28,539 nt of DNA from a virus (taxonomy: Duplodnaviria > Caudoviricetes). The DNA lies in the IMG/VR virus record IMGVR_UViG_3300032330_001898, positions 1-28,539 of that record. The stretch is one strand, 5' to 3'. Both the position numbers and the translations under genes were made by a program. Of this stretch, positions 23,871 through 28,539 are shown piece after piece. The notes beneath the pieces were generated by a model, which was given only the letters and a program-made list of their open reading frames with translations, did no database searches and was not told the DNA's origin. Positions within the stretch are counted from its first letter, which is position 1. Each line of letters starts with the position of its first letter.

Positions 23871-24932
23871 TTAGCCGTAAACACGATCAATGATAACACC
23901 ATATTCGGCACCATCATAAGCATCAGCATCATCAGCCAAGCAGCGGAAGCTAACTGGGAATACAGTTGCAGCATCACGCTTTAGACCATGAGATGTAGTA
24001 TCTACCTGAACAACTCTGCGAGCAACATAAACTCTTTCTTTGTAGTTAGAGTTTGATGTTGTACCAGCTTGAACTTCGATAGGGGCTTGTGTATCTGCAG
24101 CAGTTGCACCAATTTGATATGGAGCATTACCTACAGCTACAATAGAACGCTCGATAGGAGCATCACCAAGAGCACCACCTGCAAGGGCAAGAACAGCGTT
24201 AGCTGCACCTCCTGCCGAAGCAGAAATTGCTAAAACAACATCCTGACCCACACTTCCTGGTGTAGTTCCATAAGTTTGGAGTCTACCAGGTAATGTTACA
24301 GAAGCTGCACCGCTGTTAGTTGCAATTACACCTGGATAAACTAGGGTAACAAAACTTACAGAGCCAGTTGCATCTCTAGTAATATTGAATTGTGGAGCAA
24401 CAGCAAAAGTAATACCTGCAGTTGCAGCACTTGCTGCTACTGGAGTTACAGTTGTCTGATTAGCAAAAACAGAACTTGCAGTACCTGCTGAAGCAATTGT
24501 TACCTTATTAGGATCAATTGCTGAACCACTGGAGAATGATAATACATTGTTTGTATTAACTGTACCAGTAGAACTAATTGTTACTGCATCTTCGTTTTGA
24601 CCAAATGCCAATTGTACGTTTTCAAGGCTACCCTCTGTAAGTTCTGTCTTAAGCATAACCTTAAGGGTTGACTTAAATAGACGAGCTGCATCAAGCAACT
24701 GATCTACCATTACATCGTTGTATCCTGGCTCATATGAGATTTCGAATCCATTGTTTGTGTAACCAACATCTCTCCATTTGGTTGTAGCACCTAGTAAATA
24801 GGATTTTGCACTTTGTGCTGAACCCCAAGCTAGATCTGCTCCGCCTGGAGTAGTATTTGGACGATTTGAGTTAGTGCCACGAGATACGAAGATCTGAGCA
24901 GCACCAACGAGAATATTTCTTACGTCTGACAT
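23871..24932 (-). CDS. Major tail (tube) protein, ~353 aa, with an internal insertion
   Basis: RNILVGAAQIF...DVGYTNNGFEISYEP...VDQLLDAARLFK...LTEGSLEN...ERS...ATVFPVSFR. The start at ATG 24932 has a GAGGTG SD and is preferred over the track's 24977. Confidence 0.9.
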   Translation of the reverse strand: MSDVRNILVGAAQIFVSRGTNSNRPNTTPGGADLAWGSAQSAKSYLLGATTKWRDVGYTNNGFEISYEPGYNDVMVDQLLDAARLFKSTLKVMLKTELTEGSLENVQLAFGQNEDAVTISSTGTVNTNNVLSFSSGSAIDPNKVTIASAGTASSVFANQTTVTPVAASAATAGITFAVAPQFNITRDATGSVSFVTLVYPGVIATNSGAASVTLPGRLQTYGTTPGSVGQDVVLAISASAGGAANAVLALAGGALGDAPIERSIVAVGNAPYQIGATAADTQAPIEVQAGTTSNSNYKERVYVARRVVQVDTTSHGLKRDAATVFPVSFRCLADDADAYDGAEYGVIIDRVYG

Positions 24933-24989
24933 ATTTTTTTTCACCTCTTTTCTTTTTAGAAAATTAGCAAATTTCACTTCCTCATAACT

Positions 24990-25018
24990 ATCTTATCTCA
25001 CAAGGGGAAAAAAGCCAA
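24990..25018 (-). promoter_or_regulatory. Possible sigma70-type promoter for the major tail gene
   Basis: TTGGCT-17 nt-TAAGAT in the intergenic gap; both boxes are imperfect. Confidence 0.4.
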
Positions 25019-25019
25019 A

Positions 25020-25529
25020 TTATTGGTATCTACCATTACTATCTAAGTGTCTTGCATATGATACATAAAGCTTTATTTCACCCATCATAAACCCGCCTTC
25101 ATTAGAAAAATGTTGTGGGGACGTAGATGAATCTATTGTTATGTAATGAAAATCATAAATTCCAGAAACTCCAGAATACCTATTTAAATCTTTTGCGGAA
25201 TCATCATGCCTTCTAAATAAATCTTTCAACATAGCCATAACCTGTGTAATTTTGTCGTAGTTAGGGGAAACAATAGAGTATGTAATTATTTGATTTGATA
25301 TCCACCAGTTTTCTTGTGTTGGCATTTCTTCATAATCATAAATTAAATATGTTTGACCTGGGATCAGGTTGTTGAATTCTGGGATTTGTTGGGCTGGGAT
25401 TACTGGAATCAATGGTGTATCAAATCCATCAGCAATATAATCACTTTCGCTTAATATATCATTTTCTCTAATTTGATCCCAAACATATTTATTTACATCG
25501 AATACGGGATGCATACTATAGTTAGCCAT
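25020..25529 (-). CDS. Tail terminator-like protein (169 aa)
   Basis: Directly upstream of the major tail gene; IPAQQIPEF...YLIYD...ITYSI...LFRRHDDSAKDLN fits the gpU-like topology. Confidence 0.7.
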   Translation of the reverse strand: MANYSMHPVFDVNKYVWDQIRENDILSESDYIADGFDTPLIPVIPAQQIPEFNNLIPGQTYLIYDYEEMPTQENWWISNQIITYSIVSPNYDKITQVMAMLKDLFRRHDDSAKDLNRYSGVSGIYDFHYITIDSSTSPQHFSNEGGFMMGEIKLYVSYARHLDSNGRYQ

Positions 25530-26251
25530 TATAATTCAGTAACTCCTTGTGCATATCTTTCTGTTACCACCCTTATTGTTTCTTTGACCGCTTTTTTGTC
25601 TTTACTTTTTCCATCCAAAGATTTTGCTACGGCACTCTCAAGTGACACAAATAGTCTAGAGTTTATTACTGCTTTTTCCGCTTTAGTCTCATACCATTTC
25701 TTGGCAAATTTTTCAAAAGAGTTCTTGGTTGATCTTCCACCTGGCTGGGAAATATTAACAATTTTCCTTGGTCTAATAAAATGAACTTTTCCATCTTTTT
25801 GAGACAAGAATGCTAAATACTGTTTTGTTGTAAACGAAACTGGTTTTCCAGACTCCATAACCTCTGCTTTATTGTAAAAAATACTTTTTTTAGAAACATA
25901 TTTTTTTGAATTATTTTTTTTAGGCATATTTGGAATTGGCACAGGTGTCCTTGATTTCTTAAACTTAAAGCCAATTTTTAAATTTCCATAATTAACTGAA
26001 TCTCTTTTGATAACAAATAATTTCTGGTTATTGTTTCCCAGCTTGTTCCATTCATACATATGAAAATATTTCTTGGGATTAGCAAAAGATTCTTTGGCAA
26101 AATCCTTAACAAACTGCTTGGATGTAATTGTAAAAACGGCTTTGGCAATCTGAGTTTTTGATGTTGGAGAAGTTAACTCTTGAATACCCTCCATTTTTAA
26201 ATTTAGCTCATCAAAAAAAGAATTTATGTTATTAAACTGAAATGATATCAT
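25529..26251 (-). CDS. Neck/tail-completion protein (basic, HK97 gp10-like position), ~240 aa
   Basis: Lys-rich, with HMYEW...LF and FYNKAEVMESG motifs. The ATG at 26251 (20-nt overlap) is preferred over 26287. Confidence 0.65.
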   Translation of the reverse strand: MISFQFNNINSFFDELNLKMEGIQELTSPTSKTQIAKAVFTITSKQFVKDFAKESFANPKKYFHMYEWNKLGNNNQKLFVIKRDSVNYGNLKIGFKFKKSRTPVPIPNMPKKNNSKKYVSKKSIFYNKAEVMESGKPVSFTTKQYLAFLSQKDGKVHFIRPRKIVNISQPGGRSTKNSFEKFAKKWYETKAEKAVINSRLFVSLESAVAKSLDGKSKDKKAVKETIRVVTERYAQGVTEL

Positions 26252-26687
26252 TATTTTGAACTTGTGCCCTTCTAAGATTACATTCATAATAAGCTATTTT
26301 TCCAAAAGGGTCTAAAACTGGGTGCATAGACATAATGTCAAAAATAGTATCTTCTAAACTTATCTTGTCATATTCCAAAAAAGTTTTTTCTCCGTTTGCT
26401 GAGGTAATTCCAGAAACCCTAAAACGCTTACTTAATCTAACTTCTGTCTGCAATTTTATGTCTAAATTTTCAGCGTACCCTTGAGATCCAGTTCCATACG
26501 ACTTGCCATCCGAAACGCTTCTGCCAGCCTTGCTTGCTGGAACCATTGCTCTGCATGAAATAGTTTTGTCATAGACCCATTGACGAGTCATGGCTCCACT
26601 GTCTGACTGAACATTCTTTTGAATGTATACTTCTGCTGTCATGTTCATAAAAGTATTTGTGTAAGAATTTAACTGAAATATTCCCAA
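26232..26687 (-). CDS. Head-closure/stopper-like protein (151 aa)
   Basis: Position after the adaptor; beta-rich QSDSGAMTRQW...ISCR...DPFG pattern. Confidence 0.7.
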   Translation of the reverse strand: MGIFQLNSYTNTFMNMTAEVYIQKNVQSDSGAMTRQWVYDKTISCRAMVPASKAGRSVSDGKSYGTGSQGYAENLDIKLQTEVRLSKRFRVSGITSANGEKTFLEYDKISLEDTIFDIMSMHPVLDPFGKIAYYECNLRRAQVQNNDIISV

Positions 26688-27626
26688 TTAAATCACAACC
26701 ATATTTATGTTTCTGTAAGAATCTAAAATAGAATCTACCAAAACATTTCCAGTACCGTTGAACGCTCCCTTAGCCAGTTCAAAGGATACTTCAGCAAGTG
26801 AAACTTTCTTTAAATACTTTGTTCTCCACGCAGCGTCATTAGACAACAAATCTCCACACAAAAGCATTGTGCAAAGTTTGATATCTTGAGGAACATAGTT
26901 GTATCCAAACTGACCAACTACCTTGTATCTAGTATGACTTCTAAATGACCCATAGTATAAAATTGTTGGATCCACCTGATTGTCATACCGAACATCCCCG
27001 TATGTATTATCTAGCTTAATTCTAATTGCTTTTCCAGTTGGGGTCAACTCTACATCATAACCAAAAACATTATATCCAGTTGTGTAATCTATTACCAACT
27101 TACCATTTTCATAAACTTTGTCAATTGTAAGCATTCTTTCAGTAAGTTCTAGGGCATCTGAACCACTACCAAATTGTTCTTGAGAGTCGTATCTTGTTCC
27201 AAAATCTTGGCTAGTATAATTATTAATCATTAACCTAGCAACTTGCTCTGCAAGTGTAATATCATGCTCAGAGTAATAGTTTAAATCGGATGGTCTTGGA
27301 CCAATTTTATAGTAATCTACAATATCACTAACTAAAGCGTATGGGGTTACAATCTCAGCATATTGTGTTTGAAAAGTAGATGCACTGTTAATTTCATAAT
27401 CCCACCTAATCTTTATTACCTTGTTTGATGATGTGAAATTTGGATACAAGTCAAACGTGTACCTTCCATCTGGTGGGGCACTAAAGGCAGACCCAGATGT
27501 GACAGAAGCAGATGTATCTGCATCTGTAATGGTTACAAACACAGATCCATCTGCATTCGACAAGTAGCCGTTCTTATAAATATCTAATGTGAGCGTTTGA
27601 TTCGTTCCATTATGAATTTGTTGCAC
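26688..27626 (-). CDS. Head-to-tail adaptor with an N-terminal Ig-like domain (312 aa)
   Basis: GTG start with GGAGG SD; TPYA...ARLMINNYTSQDF...GYNYVPQDIKLCTMLL...TGNVLVDSILDSYR (gp15/gp6-like). Confidence 0.8.
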   Translation of the reverse strand: MQQIHNGTNQTLTLDIYKNGYLSNADGSVFVTITDADTSASVTSGSAFSAPPDGRYTFDLYPNFTSSNKVIKIRWDYEINSASTFQTQYAEIVTPYALVSDIVDYYKIGPRPSDLNYYSEHDITLAEQVARLMINNYTSQDFGTRYDSQEQFGSGSDALELTERMLTIDKVYENGKLVIDYTTGYNVFGYDVELTPTGKAIRIKLDNTYGDVRYDNQVDPTILYYGSFRSHTRYKVVGQFGYNYVPQDIKLCTMLLCGDLLSNDAAWRTKYLKKVSLAEVSFELAKGAFNGTGNVLVDSILDSYRNINMVVI

Positions 27627-27643
27627 TTACTTCCTCCAACAAA

Positions 27644-28036
27644 TTAGCTATAAAATTCCTGGGCTTCCCTAGGTGTAGCTAATCTGAAACCTTCATATGA
27701 GTCAAAGATTGCTTGAGCATCGTTTGCTGTCATAGCAATAAATGGGTGTTGCTTAGTAAACATAAAGTCACCAGCCTGGAAGGTAAAGTTACCTCTATCC
27801 ATTTTTACCAAAACAACATCTGGATTATTTCCTTCAATCTTTGGTGGGCGTGGAGTAAAATCTGGTTCAGGCTCTACTTTTTCCGCCTCAAAGAATCTTT
27901 TATATGCATCGTATGTGACACCTTCTTCTTCCATCAACAGGATTAATTGCTGCTTGGAAATTTTAGCTGGCACATCTACTGCAAAAGACTCCGCAATTTC
28001 TTTTAGTTCTTTAATTTTAAGAGTATCAAATGACAT
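27644..28036 (-). CDS. Hypothetical protein after the capsid gene, N-terminal HeH/Rho-N-like motif (130 aa)
   Basis: LKIKELKEIAESFAV...SKQQLI; GAAAGGA SD. Confidence 0.75.
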   Translation of the reverse strand: MSFDTLKIKELKEIAESFAVDVPAKISKQQLILLMEEEGVTYDAYKRFFEAEKVEPEPDFTPRPPKIEGNNPDVVLVKMDRGNFTFQAGDFMFTKQHPFIAMTANDAQAIFDSYEGFRLATPREAQEFYS

Positions 28037-28059
28037 TTGATTCCTTTCGTTATATAAAC

Positions 28060-28068
28060 ATTATACCA
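28060..28068 (-). promoter_or_regulatory. Extended -10 promoter TGGTATAAT
   Basis: Exact TGnTATAAT between the capsid terminator and the SD of the next gene. Confidence 0.7.
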
Positions 28069-28074
28069 AATAAT

Positions 28075-28111
28075 ATTAAAAAAGAATAAAGGGGACAAAT
28101 TGTCCCCTTTA
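28075..28111 (-). terminator. Intrinsic terminator after the major capsid gene
   Basis: TAAAGGGGACA-ATT-TGTCCCCTTTA hairpin followed by TTCTTTTTT, 18 nt after the stop. Confidence 0.85.
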
Positions 28112-28129
28112 CCCTTAATTGAATTGAAA

Positions 28130-28539
28130 TTAGAATGTACCCAATCCAGAACCCTGTGATGGAACATTGTTCACACCTGGCTGGAAGTTTACATAAGAAC
28201 CTCTTGTAGCGTCTGGGTTTGTAGTTCCCGCTGCATTTGATCCCAAAGAACCAAGCGAGCCTACATCTGGTGCAGACGTACCAGAAACTCTAACATTCTG
28301 TACGATAACATGTGCGTCATAGTTTTCAATTGCACAACCAACACGGATAAAGAGAGTGTACTCAATTGTATCCTTCTTTGGCTGGAACAGACGATAAACA
28401 ACAACGTCACGCTTGATACCGATAATGAAGTTCTGTGGGAACGTCAAGTGTACTTCACCGTGAAGACCAGAATTGGTTCCAGTCTTGCTGGTTCCAGTTC
28501 CATTGAATGCACGAGTCTCATCCATCAACGGTACGTTGA
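28130..28539 (-). CDS. Major capsid protein, C-terminal part (5' end outside the window)
   Basis: Frame open to the window edge (..NVPLMDETR..). HLTFPQNFIIGIKRDVVVYRLFQPKKDTIEYTLFIRVGCAIEN.DA is an HK97-fold C-terminus; followed by a terminator and head-tail genes. Confidence 0.88.
   Translation of the reverse strand, partial: NVPLMDETRAFNGTGTSKTGTNSGLHGEVHLTFPQNFIIGIKRDVVVYRLFQPKKDTIEYTLFIRVGCAIENYDAHVIVQNVRVSGTSAPDVGSLGSLGSNAAGTTNPDATRGSYVNFQPGVNNVPSQGSGLGTF

Noticed and set aside
24933-24977. Track's longer GTG start for the major tail gene
   Set aside because: The extension contains the GAGGTG SD of the ATG at 24932 and an A-rich leader, so it is more likely 5' UTR.
1770-27946. All plus-strand ORFs in the track (e.g. 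1770-2057, 2161-2472, 13034-13447, 19532-20422, 21518-22111, 25473-25784, 27713-27946)
   Set aside because: They are antisense shadows of well-supported minus-strand genes, with no recognisable motifs. Those opposite the TMP cargo were considered as immunity genes but have no support.
1-28539. tRNA, rRNA, CRISPR array or alternative genetic code
   Set aside because: Intergenic gaps are under ~100 nt and explained by terminators or promoters. I saw no regular repeat-spacer pattern, and long ORFs read normally in the standard code.

Overview
This is an AT-rich segment of a large tailed phage of siphovirus type, with every credible gene on the minus strand. In transcription order (right to left) it holds: the C-terminus of the major capsid gene, head-tail connector/neck genes, tail terminator, major tail protein, a tail-assembly chaperone pair joined by a -1 frameshift (C CCA AAC plus hairpin), a 3566-aa tape measure protein (TMP), distal/minor tail genes, a tail fibre with an S74-type chaperone domain, a small HNH, a metallophosphoesterase, a holin-like protein, a Zn-ribbon/HTH pair, small ORFs and the N-terminus of a probable DnaB-like helicase. 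Gene order resembles large actinobacterial siphoviruses (recognised from memory, not from a search). The standout is the TMP. About 1600 aa of its middle (15421-20238) is an array of five globular cassettes, bracketed by two copies of a 55-aa repeat and separated by doubled 'xxxGG' linkers. Three cassettes look like paralogous R-S-E-type ADP-ribosyltransferases (ARTs), one looks like an H-Y-type ART-PolyVal domain, and one is unrecognised. This suggests a TMP acting as a modular, virion-injected effector polyprotein. All functional calls are motif-based by eye.
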